A stretch of DNA of 64,000 bases from Pelagomonas calceolata (taxonomy: Eukaryota): positions 1,860,001-1,924,000 of the forward strand of contig CAKKNE010000005.1 in NCBI GenBank assembly GCA_918797485.1, given 5' to 3'. A model generated the notes under the pieces. It had not been told where the DNA came from and ran no database searches. It was given only the letters and a program-made list of their open reading frames with translations. Below, piece after piece: positions 53,470 through 64,000 of the stretch (position 1 is its first letter; every line of letters begins with the position of its first letter). The translations under genes were made by a program, and so were the position numbers.

Positions 53470-53816
53470 GGCAGCTGCTGTCGTGCGCGGCCTCCCGAAT
53501 TCTTTGGAGCAGTATCCCCCGCCTCGCAATATGTTTTGTGGTGGAGCCTGCTGAAAGAGGCTGCTGTGAATGAATATTCCTGCGCACGACTGCTCGCTGC
53601 GGAAGCGCACACAGCGCAAAAGCGTGCTATTGATCACGATTATTGCCCGGGGTGCGCTTTGCGCCGACGTTCCGGTGCTTCTCCCATCAGCTGATGAGCT
53701 GAAAAGTCGAGCCAGCGTCCTGTAAGCCACTAGCAAGCGCTGATGTGCGGGCATTCCAGTTCTACGGTATTCAACCCCATCGATAGGTCCAGCAAGCCTA
53801 AGGAAAATCACACAAC

Positions 53817-56800
53817 TCACACCTTATCCCTCGGCAGCGGCGCCGACCCAGCGGAGAGGGTCAGGGACCCCGCGCCCTCGACGTTCGTGAAACCGCGAAG
53901 GAACGCGTGGTCGTCGCGCGGCTTCGTCCGCACGAAGGGGTCGTCGGGCAGCTGCTGGTGCGACGCCGTCGCCGCGTACTTGCCGATGACCTTGGCTCTA
54001 GCTAGGTCGTTCGTGCTGAAGCCCTCGTCGAAGACGTTGCCCCGCGTGTCAATATCCAAAGGAAGCATCTTCTGCGCGTCCGTGCTTTCCGACGCCGTCC
54101 GGAGGTAGGCCCGGAGCGCCGTGTCGGCGGCGTCCGTCAGGTTGTTGTAGGACAGGTCTAACCGCCGGAGCGCCGGTAAGGCTCGCAGGGCCCGCCCCAA
54201 TTGCGCCGCGCCCGTGTCCTGCATGGCGTTCGTCGAGACGTCCAACAACCTTAAAGCAGGTAAGGCGCCCGTCGCGAGCGTTTGCCCCAGGTCGTAGCCG
54301 CCGCCCGGTCCCAGTCTCGCGTTCGACATCCGCAGCACCTCCAACAGAACGGGGGATTCCTCGAAGGATCTAGCCCGTAAAGCACTACATAACACGGAGA
54401 CGCCGTCCCTTCCTATAAAATTGTCTCCTAAATCAAGCTCCCGCAACCCAAGCTCGGGGAAGACGTCCCGCAGCGACCCCATGCGCGCGTTCTTCCGTTG
54501 CTTCGCGCCGCGCGCCGTGAGTGTGCCGTAGGCCGTCTTGGGCTTCGCCGTCCGATTCAAAATGGACGCAGTGGGTACTTTGGAGGGTTGCCTATGAGGC
54601 CCGGCGGCGTGCTGCGCGCACCTCCTTTGGATAGATCTAGGTAGAGAATTCACGGAGGAAGGCAAAGGCGGGTCGTCGCGATCATAGGCGTGCGCGTCGT
54701 ACGAATTCTCGGACTCACTTCTGTTCGTCTCGTCTTCAGATTCACTTTCGTCCTTGGGCACGTACACCTCCGGCTCTTTTTGTAGTATAACTCCACTACT
54801 TTTGGCTTTGAGCAGGGAGTCCGTCACTGTCGCACCTTCCATCATATCAATGGAGTCGCCCAGGATGTGGTCGTGCACGTCGCACACTGCTGATAATCTA
54901 GAATCTAGCAGAGAGAAGACACAAGCACAACCTTCCGGGTCGAGGTGGCACTGCGCCATTGATAACCTGGAAAGAGCCTTCATGGGCGCGACGGCGATCG
55001 CACTTGTTAAGTGCGCGGCGCCCTGGTCGCCGAGCGGGTTCCGCGAGAGATCCCAAGCTACGAGCGTGGGCGCCTCGTAGGATTTAGCCAATTGGTTCGC
55101 GATAACTTCTGCTCTGTTAGCATCGATGTTGCAGCAGCTCAAGATCAACTCCACCAAGGCACATTCTTTATATGATAAGTACCTTCCGATGGCGAAGCAC
55201 GCGTCCTCGTCCAGCTCGACGAAGCTCAGATCCAACTTTAAGACCGACCGGTTATACAGCCGCAGCATGTCGAAGCACTCCAGCGGCAGTCGTTTCGCGC
55301 AGAGGGGGTCCTTCTCCTCGCCTGTCTGATAGTTGACATCTGTCCCGCCAAAGATCCCCACATAGGTCTCGTCCGTCAGATGCTGCGGTTCAAACAATAA
55401 CGGGTTGTCCGACAGGTCTAAGGAAGAAATACATTGGTTCCTCCTCAAAACCTTCGCTAGGACCTCCGCACAGTCCGCGCCTAGCGCGTTCCGCGCCAAA
55501 TTCAGTTGCGTGAGGGTGCAGTTGTAGTAGATGGCCTTCTCCGCCCGCTCCTTGAGGCCCGAAGCGTAGGAATGTAGAGAGGAACCTTCTTCAAGCGAGT
55601 CCACGTCGTACTCCTTTTCCTTGTACGCCTGCGCTGCCAGCACGTCTTCCTCGTCCGGTTGAGATAAAGCATCCAAGATGTGGACGCCTCCTGAACTCCC
55701 GAGATGATTTGAGGCTAAATCTAGCGCCACGAGGAGCTGGTGGTACCGCAAGGCCCTTCCTAATGAACGCGCGCCGTCTCCACTCACGGAATTGTGACTC
55801 AGGTCCAGCGCCGTCAAGGGGCAGCTTCCGCCCTCGAAGACGAGGTCGTCATTTGGCCTTAGCAAGTCCGGCTTCGCCGCGCGCCGCCTAGCGGCCTTGG
55901 CGCCCGCCGCTAGTAGTGCACTTAACGCGTCGGCGCCCGCGTCCTTGATCTTGTTGTTCGCCAATCCCAAAAAAGCCAAAGATAACCCGCCGACGCCCGC
56001 CGTGCCGTGCAATAGCGCCGTGCACAGCGCCGCGCAGCCTCGATCACCGATCTCACAAGACGCGACGTCCAAACTTACCAGAGTGATAGAATGGCCCGCC
56101 GCGGCGCCTAAAACGCCCGCCAGCTCCCACCCCAAAGGCCCCTCGTTTCGTAAATCAAGCACCTCCAGGGCATCATCCCTAGCTCGCAGTCTTCGAATAG
56201 CCGCGGCCACTTTTGTGGACGCGACGTCGTCGATGGCCCCGTATCGCCAGTCCTCGAAGCAGTCGTGGCAGAAGAGGCGGCCTATTTCTGTTTTCTGTGC
56301 TACACTATTTAATGCTCCAAACCAGTCGCTCGGGATATCTTCTTCCAACTCCTTTCCGGACGCGTAGGGCGCGCCCGCCTCGCTACATCTCGTACCGACG
56401 AACCTCAACGCTTCGTCACCGCTCCAGCCCTCCTCCCTGGCGCAATAGGCGGCGCCCAACACACACCCCTTCCAGGGCCTCTCGTCCAGCGTATCTACGA
56501 TCAAAATGCGCGCCGGGTTCGCGGCCGTCCACGTCGCCTTGATGTTATCTACATAGTCCGCGAACGTTTTCAAAGCATCTGTCAAGTCATCTTCATCTTT
56601 CAGGATGACAAAGGTCGATAGGTCCGCCTCCCGATCCTCCGGCGTCACCGTCCAGCTCCTGCCAGAAGCGAGGTGTTTGCCACCCTCGGCGTCGACCTTT
56701 CGCGGCGGCTGTTTTGGTAAGCTCCCATCATACTTGTCGGCGTCGTGCTGGCACAGGCGCTGTTCCCAGCCCTCCAACTCTCGGACTTTTTCCTCGTCCG

Positions 56801-59800
56801 CGAGATCGAGTCTCTGCTTCGAGGGCGGCGTCGGCGGCCTTTCAGGCGCTTCGCGCAACACTCTAACGACGTGCGTGATGGCCAGCGGCTCCTTCTCGGC
56901 CTCTTTGCCCGAGACCCAGACGCGCCCGTCCACGAGTTCTTTCGCGTCGAGCGAGCCGCCCGCTCTAGCTTCCGTACAAATTATTCTAGGAGGCCGGTTC
57001 CGGTCGAGCGGCGTGTCGTCGCCCTCCCGTAACTGTAACGGTAAAGCATCTACCGAGTGGACCGTGGCCAGATTGCCGCAGAGTTCGCACGCCATTGAAA
57101 CGTCGACCTGCTCGAGTTGCACACATCCACAAGCCTGGCGCCGGCCCCAGAGCGGTAATTTATCTTTGTCCATGAGCGGCCCAAAGGCGTCGTCCCTGTG
57201 TCCGGATTCGGGGCCCGGGCCCTTCCACAATAACGTATCGTCCTGGAGCCGACCCGTCTCGTACGCGTCGCGCAGTTCCCCGGCACTAAAAGGTCCCTGC
57301 ATGCCGTCGATGATCGCTGCACCTGTTTCTACATCGTCGCGAGGCGTCGCCTTATCTAGCTCGTCGCCGACGTCGACCTCTTCGTCCGACGACGGCTCGG
57401 CCTCGGGCACCCGCAGCTTCGCCAATTCCGCATCGATGTCCTCGACGGGCGAGTCGGGCACGACCTCACCTAAATCAGGTAAAGCCCGAGGCGTGACCTG
57501 CGCCCCCTCGAAGCCAGCGGTTGTTTGACCCATGTCCACAAACCAATTGCGAGAGCCACTCTTCTTCGAGGGCGACGTTTCGGGTAACGCCGGGTAGTCC
57601 CAGAGAATCCTTTTGAGCGCATGGAGCTCGTCGATGCGCGTCCACTCGTTTAGACCTTCCCGCCACAGTCTCGAATCATTATTGATCGTCTTTGCTTTCC
57701 ACAAATCTTTCAGTTCCCGCAAATTGTGGGGGCCGACCGCTTCTCCCCCGTCCTCGGGCGTGTAGAACCAGCGCGGCACCGCAAACGGGTCCAGATCGGG
57801 CGCGTGCTGCTTCCGCGTAAATCCGCACACGCAGACTTTTTGTTTCGCTCGGACCACATCACTGACACCGAGCGGCGCGACGGCGGGCTTGTCCCAGGTC
57901 GCTACTTTTGGCGAATTGCCCGTGGGGATGCGCTCCACACAATTACTGGGTACTCTTTTTTCCCGAGACCCATCCTCGAAGTCGATGTCGAAGGACCCGT
58001 CCTTATGTGTCTTGATGATGGTCCCGCCACTCCACTCACTAGTCCTCTCAGTACTTTCTTCGAAGCGCCCGCAGGCCTCGCCCAGCGGTTTGACCGAAGG
58101 ATCCTGCAGGGGATCCGTCTGCACCGTGATGGTGGACACGTGAGCTCTAGTTCTCTCAGGAACCTCGGGATGGTCCTCGTAGGTCAACTGTTGGACATCG
58201 ATCTGAATAGGATCAGGTAATAAAAAGGTCGCCAACTCCAGCGAATGCGTCAACCGCAACACAACTTCCACCTCGCTCACCTCGTCGCCCATCGGCGTAC
58301 TGAGGATGACGGGCAGCCACCTTCTCGTAGGCCTCCGATGCGCTAGATCTTTCATATATATACGAGCCTGGCCCTTCTCGATACGCTTGTCGTGCTCCAG
58401 CTCCACCAAAGTGACGTCCAGATAGTCCCTTACGTCTTTGGCCACGAAATGCGTGTCGAAGCGATGGTACGCATTTCTCATCTGACCTTCATCTCCGGTA
58501 GAGAAGGGCGCTATGCGCGTGACGCGATCTCTCCCCAGAAACGCCAGCGACACCTCGAGGCCGCTCACGGGCTTTTTTGGTGGTGGTGCTTTCTTACCTC
58601 TCTTCTTTTTCACAATAGGAGAAGGTGGCGGCGGCGGCACCTGGCGCGCTCGTACGCGCGCACCGACCACAACAACTTTCAGCTCGTTCGCGAGCTCCCC
58701 TTTCTGATATGTACTTTCGACTTCGTCCTCGAGCACCTCTTCCGGCGAGTAGGCCGGGTCATAACTTAACCGGTACCACAAATCCAAAGCGCCGCCCGTC
58801 TCGTCGCAGGCGTGCCAGCCCCGCAGCCCTTCATCTGTTGAAGCTTGTTCCTGTACTTCGGATAGCGGTATCAACACCCTACCTATCGGTAACTCAGGAT
58901 CATCTGCGGCGTTGTCGCAGACTTCCACCGACAGCGTCGACGCGTCGACCGCTCTCCCATGTCTCGGTAGACGGAACGTGGACCGCGACAGCCACGTCGG
59001 CACCCTATCGGTTTTATGTAAGTCATCCTGATCGCTCTCATCCGACATGACGGACGACTCGTCCTCATCTTCCCGAGGCGTGGGTTCTGGTGTCACCTCG
59101 TCTCGATTCGGCAAGACACAAGTAGGCTCGGCACGCATGAATTCCTTCCTCCTCAGTCGAGCCTCGTGCTGGCCGAGCGTGCCCTCGTCCGCTTGCAATT
59201 GTAGTTGTAGAGGCAGGGTCCACAGCGACGCAACCGCATAAGCGTCGGGTACTGGGGTTAAGACCGCGAAGGGTCGCGGGACTTCCTCCTTTCTATGACC
59301 AGCACTCAGGTCCCGCGCCCGCGCCACGCACACTTCCAAAGTGTTCGGCGCTCTCCCTTTCAAATTCCTAGCCTTCATGGCCACATGGGCCGCTAAGGAA
59401 GCAGGCGTCTCCGCCTCGATGGCCTGAGCCATGTCCGCGACGACGCGAGCCTCGGCCACCTCCGCCGCCTCGCGAGCGAGCAACTTCTCCTCGCGCATGA
59501 CCATGGCCAATTCCACATTGTGGGCCCAGTGCAACGCGATTTCCACGCTCCCAGCCACTCCGGGAGGGCCGTTCTTGAGCTTCGTCCAGAAGCGCGAGTG
59601 CACGGGGTCCCTCTCCTCGTCTTGCCCTTCGTACCATATCTTCTTCGCGTCCGGTGCGACTTCGCTTAGTTTGAGCGTGAAGCGGCCCATCAGGTCGCCG
59701 GGTAAGTTCTGCTCATCCCAATCATACACACCGACCTCTAGTAAAGCGTCGGGGTCTTCGTCGAGCTGTCGCTGCCGCAGCCGAAAGTACATGGGGTGGA

Positions 59801-62789
59801 GCCATTTTGGGGCGTGCGAGTTCTCCTTCACTTTGGTTTTATGTACTGAAGTATGAGTGTGGGTATGGTGATGACTAGGGTGGGAATGGGTCGGCGGACT
59901 ATGCGTATGCGACTCTAACCGGCACTGCACGTAGGGGTCTCTACAACTACCATCCGGCCTTAATGGCAATCGAGACCCTCGCAAAATAAAGACAAACAAC
60001 TGGTTCGGCTCCTTCAACGCATCTAGACCCCTTTGAGTAGGATGAAATTGCTCGGGCATCTCCACATGTTTCTTCGGGTTGTGCAGCCACCTTAATGCGA
60101 TTTCTATTTTACCAGTGCGCTGACCGGTCTCATTGCATAGCGGCAGCCACTTCCGACACAATTCCCGCTCCTCCAGTTCACCTAGTGGCGCGTCGGCGTC
60201 CCCAATTAAATTGCGCGAAGGTACCCTATCTTCCAACAATGAACCGGAAGGAGCCGGCGCCGGCGCCGGGGCCGGCGCGCGCGGCGAGTTCTTGCGGGAC
60301 GGTTGTCGACTCAGAGGCGCTTTGTCCCCGCGCGCGTCCCAGACCGTGAGTTGCCACGGCGCGTCCTCCAGTTCGACCTCGTTCACGTCATATGTACGAA
60401 CATCGAGGAACTTGGGGTTCGCATTTCTCTCTCTCGTCTTCGTCGTGAAGATGTCGCCACAAAGGACCATCTCGACGTAGGGGTCGACGCCCTTCCTGCC
60501 CGTCTTCTTGCCCGGGATTCGTAGATTCCTACACCTGATGACACAAGTTCGTAATTCGTTGCCCGGCTTGTCCTTGTGTTTGTCCTTCAATAAAGCTTTC
60601 GGGCACGGTATAACTAATTTTGGATTGTGGACCCACCTTGTCGCGAGTTCTAATTTGCCCAATCGAGGCGGTACTTGCGGCGGGAGTATCTGACCTTCGA
60701 CGTCCTTCTTGCAGAAGGGGTACCATTTTCTCGTTGTAGTTCGTTGTTCTATCAATGGTTTCAGCTCCAAATGTACGCTACCGACGTGTTCGCCACCCCC
60801 AAGTGTCTCGTGATCCAAGCATTGGACCTCCAACGTTTCGCCCTCCAACAGCAACTCCACGGGCATGGCCACAACCTCGTTCCAGACGGGATCAAGGTCT
60901 TTCTTCAGTACATTTGTTTCTGCCTCGTCCCCGTCGAAGTGGAGCTTCACGAAGGGGTCCGTGCTCCCGCCCGTTCGGTGTAGTAATGCATGTCTATCCA
61001 TGATCGGTAAATTTCTCGCTCGTGCCACGACGATTTTGAGTTCGTTGGGCGGTTTGAGTTCATTCGCGCACTCGTCCCACCCTTCTGGTAAATGTAATAC
61101 TAGGTCAGGATTGTGAACGAAGCGCACCGCTAATTCAATCTTCGGCAGATCAAAAGCCCTAGGCTTCGGGTAGGGAGGCGTCGGTGGAGGGCCCTCTTCG
61201 GGCGTGCAGTCGAGGACGTGCCAGACCCTCCAGGCTTCGTCATCAAAGACTTTCAGGCGCTTTGATAACTTGGGGAACTTGATGCGTCCGATAGATGTCG
61301 ACGCTCCTAGTTCATTATGATCTCTCACGTGCAGCGTAAACGCGTGGTCCAACTCGTCAATGGGAAACTGGAGCAGCTCCATCCATTGTGGATGTAATGA
61401 CCTTCTTTTGATGGTTGTCTTTCTTTCAATGCCCTCGACCTCGATATCGACGAAGGGGTCCGCGGACGGCCCCAGCACCTGCCCTATTCCTTCCACTGCG
61501 GATGTCAACGCCGACGCTGTGGCCATAGCACCATGTACGGGGTCCGTTTCATTCTGGAGGTCCTTCATCTGCGCCAAAGGGTCTGTGGGAGGTAAATTCC
61601 TCGCTCGGACGACCACGACTCGCAACTCGTTCCGAGGTAGATCCGGCGCCCCGGGCGTATCTAGGTTAAACTCCTTGGGAATCCTCAGAACTTTATCTGG
61701 ATCATGGACCAACCTCAAAGCGAGCTCGACGCGCATCACCGGTTTGGTAGGTTCTCGTTTGGAGCGCTCCTTCGCCGCCTTTGCGCGAGCGTCCTTTGCC
61801 CTTTGGGCAGCCATCTTCTTCTTGATGGCCGCGGCTTTGGCTTTGCGGACGTTCGCTTTTGACATTTTTGTGCCCCCGGGTGTCTCCTCAGCAACCGACG
61901 CCTCCTCGTCGACCTCCTCAGGTATGTGGGGCTCGAGCGTGTACCACTGTCGATTGCTTTTCCTATCTTGTAAGGGGTCCAGCTCGACGCGTATCGACCC
62001 GACCAACCTATTGACAGGACCCTTGTCGTAGACATTCACGTCGACGTAGCCGCCGCCGCAGTCCTCCGCGATCACGTCGAGGGGCTCCATCCACCGCGGA
62101 CGTCTACTAGCTACACTTTGAGTCTGCGCCTTGTCGCCTTTGATGTCCAACTCTAAAAATGGATCGCCTCCCGTACTATGCTTCGTGAGGTTGATGGCTC
62201 GTAACGCGACGCATTTCAGGCAGTTCGCGGGTCGTTTTTTATCTTTTTCCGGTAGAGAAAACAGGGGATCCAAGTCCACCACATAGGTCGGCTCGTGGCG
62301 CCAGATCATGGCGATCTCGACATCCCCTCGAGGTAGTTTATGTGGTCTTTCATAATCCCGATCGAGCAGTTCGAACCAGCCCCGCCTCTCGACGCGGCCC
62401 GTGAGTTGCACTAAGGGTACCGCCACACAGCCGAGAAAGTCGTCCCCGGAAATCATGTCGTAGTCCCAGACCTCCACAATCGCATAATTGTTGTCCGGGT
62501 GCTCGCACTCGTAGTCGAACCGTTCGCCGTAGACCGGGTTCAGCGTCCTGTTTTTGTGAGTGGTCTGTTGGGCGACGCTCTCGACAATAACCTTGACGTA
62601 GGGGTCACTACTCCCGCGCGTGAGCCAGCCGCCGTCCGCGGCCCGTAGATCTCGTGCGGCGATGACGACGCAAGTCACGCAATTCGCCGGCTTCCGCGGG
62701 TGCGCGTCCCGGAGTTGCGTGGGCGGCGGCGGCGTCGGGTCCGAGATGGGCGGTAACAACGTCTCTTGTTTCCGCTTCATGATGCCCAT
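53817..62789 (-). CDS. Giant (2990 aa) multi-C2-domain protein with Tudor-like, GYF_2, DSP-like and LRR regions
   Basis: At least 8 C2 repeats (ARNL..SDPYV..LNPVW..WDYD); WFY..GPHNLREL..LWREGLNEW; many LDLSxNxLG repeats; no introns. Confidence 0.88.
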   Translation of the reverse strand: MGIMKRKQETLLPPISDPTPPPPTQLRDAHPRKPANCVTCVVIAARDLRAADGGWLTRGSSDPYVKVIVESVAQQTTHKNRTLNPVYGERFDYECEHPDNNYAIVEVWDYDMISGDDFLGCVAVPLVQLTGRVERRGWFELLDRDYERPHKLPRGDVEIAMIWRHEPTYVVDLDPLFSLPEKDKKRPANCLKCVALRAINLTKHSTGGDPFLELDIKGDKAQTQSVASRRPRWMEPLDVIAEDCGGGYVDVNVYDKGPVNRLVGSIRVELDPLQDRKSNRQWYTLEPHIPEEVDEEASVAEETPGGTKMSKANVRKAKAAAIKKKMAAQRAKDARAKAAKERSKREPTKPVMRVELALRLVHDPDKVLRIPKEFNLDTPGAPDLPRNELRVVVVRARNLPPTDPLAQMKDLQNETDPVHGAMATASALTSAVEGIGQVLGPSADPFVDIEVEGIERKTTIKRRSLHPQWMELLQFPIDELDHAFTLHVRDHNELGASTSIGRIKFPKLSKRLKVFDDEAWRVWHVLDCTPEEGPPPTPPYPKPRAFDLPKIELAVRFVHNPDLVLHLPEGWDECANELKPPNELKIVVARARNLPIMDRHALLHRTGGSTDPFVKLHFDGDEAETNVLKKDLDPVWNEVVAMPVELLLEGETLEVQCLDHETLGGGEHVGSVHLELKPLIEQRTTTRKWYPFCKKDVEGQILPPQVPPRLGKLELATRWVHNPKLVIPCPKALLKDKHKDKPGNELRTCVIRCRNLRIPGKKTGRKGVDPYVEMVLCGDIFTTKTRERNANPKFLDVRTYDVNEVELEDAPWQLTVWDARGDKAPLSRQPSRKNSPRAPAPAPAPAPSGSLLEDRVPSRNLIGDADAPLGELEERELCRKWLPLCNETGQRTGKIEIALRWLHNPKKHVEMPEQFHPTQRGLDALKEPNQLFVFILRGSRLPLRPDGSCRDPYVQCRLESHTHSPPTHSHPSHHHTHTHTSVHKTKVKENSHAPKWLHPMYFRLRQRQLDEDPDALLEVGVYDWDEQNLPGDLMGRFTLKLSEVAPDAKKIWYEGQDEERDPVHSRFWTKLKNGPPGVAGSVEIALHWAHNVELAMVMREEKLLAREAAEVAEARVVADMAQAIEAETPASLAAHVAMKARNLKGRAPNTLEVCVARARDLSAGHRKEEVPRPFAVLTPVPDAYAVASLWTLPLQLQLQADEGTLGQHEARLRRKEFMRAEPTCVLPNRDEVTPEPTPREDEDESSVMSDESDQDDLHKTDRVPTWLSRSTFRLPRHGRAVDASTLSVEVCDNAADDPELPIGRVLIPLSEVQEQASTDEGLRGWHACDETGGALDLWYRLSYDPAYSPEEVLEDEVESTYQKGELANELKVVVVGARVRARQVPPPPPSPIVKKKRGKKAPPPKKPVSGLEVSLAFLGRDRVTRIAPFSTGDEGQMRNAYHRFDTHFVAKDVRDYLDVTLVELEHDKRIEKGQARIYMKDLAHRRPTRRWLPVILSTPMGDEVSEVEVVLRLTHSLELATFLLPDPIQIDVQQLTYEDHPEVPERTRAHVSTITVQTDPLQDPSVKPLGEACGRFEESTERTSEWSGGTIIKTHKDGSFDIDFEDGSREKRVPSNCVERIPTGNSPKVATWDKPAVAPLGVSDVVRAKQKVCVCGFTRKQHAPDLDPFAVPRWFYTPEDGGEAVGPHNLRELKDLWKAKTINNDSRLWREGLNEWTRIDELHALKRILWDYPALPETSPSKKSGSRNWFVDMGQTTAGFEGAQVTPRALPDLGEVVPDSPVEDIDAELAKLRVPEAEPSSDEEVDVGDELDKATPRDDVETGAAIIDGMQGPFSAGELRDAYETGRLQDDTLLWKGPGPESGHRDDAFGPLMDKDKLPLWGRRQACGCVQLEQVDVSMACELCGNLATVHSVDALPLQLREGDDTPLDRNRPPRIICTEARAGGSLDAKELVDGRVWVSGKEAEKEPLAITHVVRVLREAPERPPTPPSKQRLDLADEEKVRELEGWEQRLCQHDADKYDGSLPKQPPRKVDAEGGKHLASGRSWTVTPEDREADLSTFVILKDEDDLTDALKTFADYVDNIKATWTAANPARILIVDTLDERPWKGCVLGAAYCAREEGWSGDEALRFVGTRCSEAGAPYASGKELEEDIPSDWFGALNSVAQKTEIGRLFCHDCFEDWRYGAIDDVASTKVAAAIRRLRARDDALEVLDLRNEGPLGWELAGVLGAAAGHSITLVSLDVASCEIGDRGCAALCTALLHGTAGVGGLSLAFLGLANNKIKDAGADALSALLAAGAKAARRRAAKPDLLRPNDDLVFEGGSCPLTALDLSHNSVSGDGARSLGRALRYHQLLVALDLASNHLGSSGGVHILDALSQPDEEDVLAAQAYKEKEYDVDSLEEGSSLHSYASGLKERAEKAIYYNCTLTQLNLARNALGADCAEVLAKVLRRNQCISSLDLSDNPLLFEPQHLTDETYVGIFGGTDVNYQTGEEKDPLCAKRLPLECFDMLRLYNRSVLKLDLSFVELDEDACFAIGRYLSYKECALVELILSCCNIDANRAEVIANQLAKSYEAPTLVAWDLSRNPLGDQGAAHLTSAIAVAPMKALSRLSMAQCHLDPEGCACVFSLLDSRLSAVCDVHDHILGDSIDMMEGATVTDSLLKAKSSGVILQKEPEVYVPKDESESEDETNRSESENSYDAHAYDRDDPPLPSSVNSLPRSIQRRCAQHAAGPHRQPSKVPTASILNRTAKPKTAYGTLTARGAKQRKNARMGSLRDVFPELGLRELDLGDNFIGRDGVSVLCSALRARSFEESPVLLEVLRMSNARLGPGGGYDLGQTLATGALPALRLLDVSTNAMQDTGAAQLGRALRALPALRRLDLSYNNLTDAADTALRAYLRTASESTDAQKMLPLDIDTRGNVFDEGFSTNDLARAKVIGKYAATASHQQLPDDPFVRTKPRDDHAFLRGFTNVEGAGSLTLSAGSAPLPRDKV

Positions 62790-63272
62790 GGTTCCGCGAG
62801 GGCTCGCACGGCTACCTCACGTCGGGTGGGCAGCTGTGGGCTCAGCAGGTGAGAGGCAGCTAGGTAGGGCAGCCCCACGCCTCGGCCGCACGCGTCGGCG
62901 CAGAGCTCGATCCCTGCGCCCGCGACGGAGGCCCGAAGGCGTCGCGCTCGCGCCGAGCCGGGCCAATAGCGCCCTGGCAGCGCTCCCACCGAGCTTGGGC
63001 GGGCCGCCGCAGCGTCTGTCCTTGTACCGCTCCGCGGGCGGAGGACTCGTCCCTGGTCTTAACCCTGTCCGACGGCTAGCGGCCGGTAAGGCACTAGGTT
63101 GCCTTGCAGGCCCGAGCTTCGCCATTGATTTGCAGCGCGAAGAAATCAGTGCACGGCGCAGCTAGAGCGTTAAGGTTTCGTGTCGCACAACCTCGCAGCG
63201 CTCACCCCCAGTTGCAAGCAAGCACACGCAGTCTCGCTACACTCGAGCATCACGTTACAGGCCAGCAACACC

Positions 63273-64000
63273 ATGCTGCAGCACTCGACGAAGACGCTAT
63301 TGCGGCGCACGGCCTCGCGCCACGCGTCGTCGATCACGGCCGTCCACGGCCGCCAGATCATTGATTCCAGAGGTAATCCTACTGTGGAGGTCGACATCAC
63401 GACCACGGACGGTCTGTTCCGCGCGTCGTGCCCTTCCGGGGCGTCGACCGGCGCGTATGAAGCTGTGGAACTCAGAGACGGCGGCTCGACCTACATGGGC
63501 AAGGGCGTGCTGGGGGCCGTGAAGAACGTCAACGAAGTCTTGGGACCCGCGATGATCGGCATGGACCCCACGCAGCAGGAGGCCATCGACGAGAAGATGT
63601 TCGCATTAGATGGCACGCCCAACAAAGGTAAGATGGGCGCCAACGCCATTCTTGGGATTAGTCTAGCTGCCTCCAAAGCGGGCGCGGGGGCCAAAAAAGT
63701 ACCTCTGTACCAGCACTACGCTGACTTAGCTGGGAATTCCGTCACGCCCATGACGTTGCCCGTGCCCTGCTTCAACGTCATCAACGGCGGCGAGCACGCG
63801 GGCAACAAATTAGCCTTCCAGGAATTCTTCGTGATTCCGACTGGTGCTCAAAGCTTCTCCCACGCCATGGCCATCGGCTGCGAGGTCTTCCACAACTTGA
63901 AGGCCGTCATCAAGGCCAAATTTGGCGGCGATGCGACGCTGATTGGTGATGAGGGTGGGTTTGCCCCGCCCTGTTCCGTGGACTCTGGATTAGAAATGCT
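63273..64000 (+). CDS. ENO: Enolase, 5' part, with a mitochondrial-type presequence
   Basis: [84 protein letters not shown]. Confidence 0.97.
   Translation, partial: MLQHSTKTLLRRTASRHASSITAVHGRQIIDSRGNPTVEVDITTTDGLFRASCPSGASTGAYEAVELRDGGSTYMGKGVLGAVKNVNEVLGPAMIGMDPTQQEAIDEKMFALDGTPNKGKMGANAILGISLAASKAGAGAKKVPLYQHYADLAGNSVTPMTLPVPCFNVINGGEHAGNKLAFQEFFVIPTGAQSFSHAMAIGCEVFHNLKAVIKAKFGGDATLIGDEGGFAPPCSVDSGLEM

Noticed and set aside
420..53600. Many long Arg/Gly/Ala-rich ORFs overlapping real genes (e.g. 713-2137, 5571-8147, 9478-11265, 14957-17017, 19938-21713)
   Set aside because: Shadow frames caused by very high GC content and GC3 bias; no motifs.

Overview
Gene-dense, very GC-rich eukaryotic nuclear DNA, most consistent with a pelagophyte stramenopile (Pelagomonas/Aureococcus type). 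Support for this: heterokont bipartite plastid presequences, an enolase with a mitochondrial-type presequence, few short introns and Introner-type elements. About 36 protein genes can be read, including BMT2-like and PRMT methyltransferases, a DMT transporter, a papain protease, KCR, SF3B6, cpFtsY, NDUFA3, tepsin, UTP23, a RIC8-like protein, a 2990-aa multi-C2/GYF/LRR protein and enolase. Main observations: (1) a family of intron-creating mini-transposons (CTGTGTGGAAATCA TIRs, 8-bp TSD) at several stages of decay and in both orientations; (2) a non-intronic hAT-like MITE with a perfect 8-bp TSD whose TIR is a CAG-ended relative of the introner TIR, suggesting how a MITE becomes a spliceable intron; (3) a 21-23 bp motif CTAGCG-Nx-GTAAGACACTAGC in about 11 copies, all in intergenic DNA 5' of genes, once as a 67-bp palindrome; (4) unusual fusions (NlpC/P60 + F-box + kinesin with an inserted U-box; PKS acyltransferase + CS domain); (5) a frameshifted RAG1/Transib-like transposase relic and an orphan-gene island at about 40-44 kb. 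All family assignments come from motif recognition by eye, without database searches.
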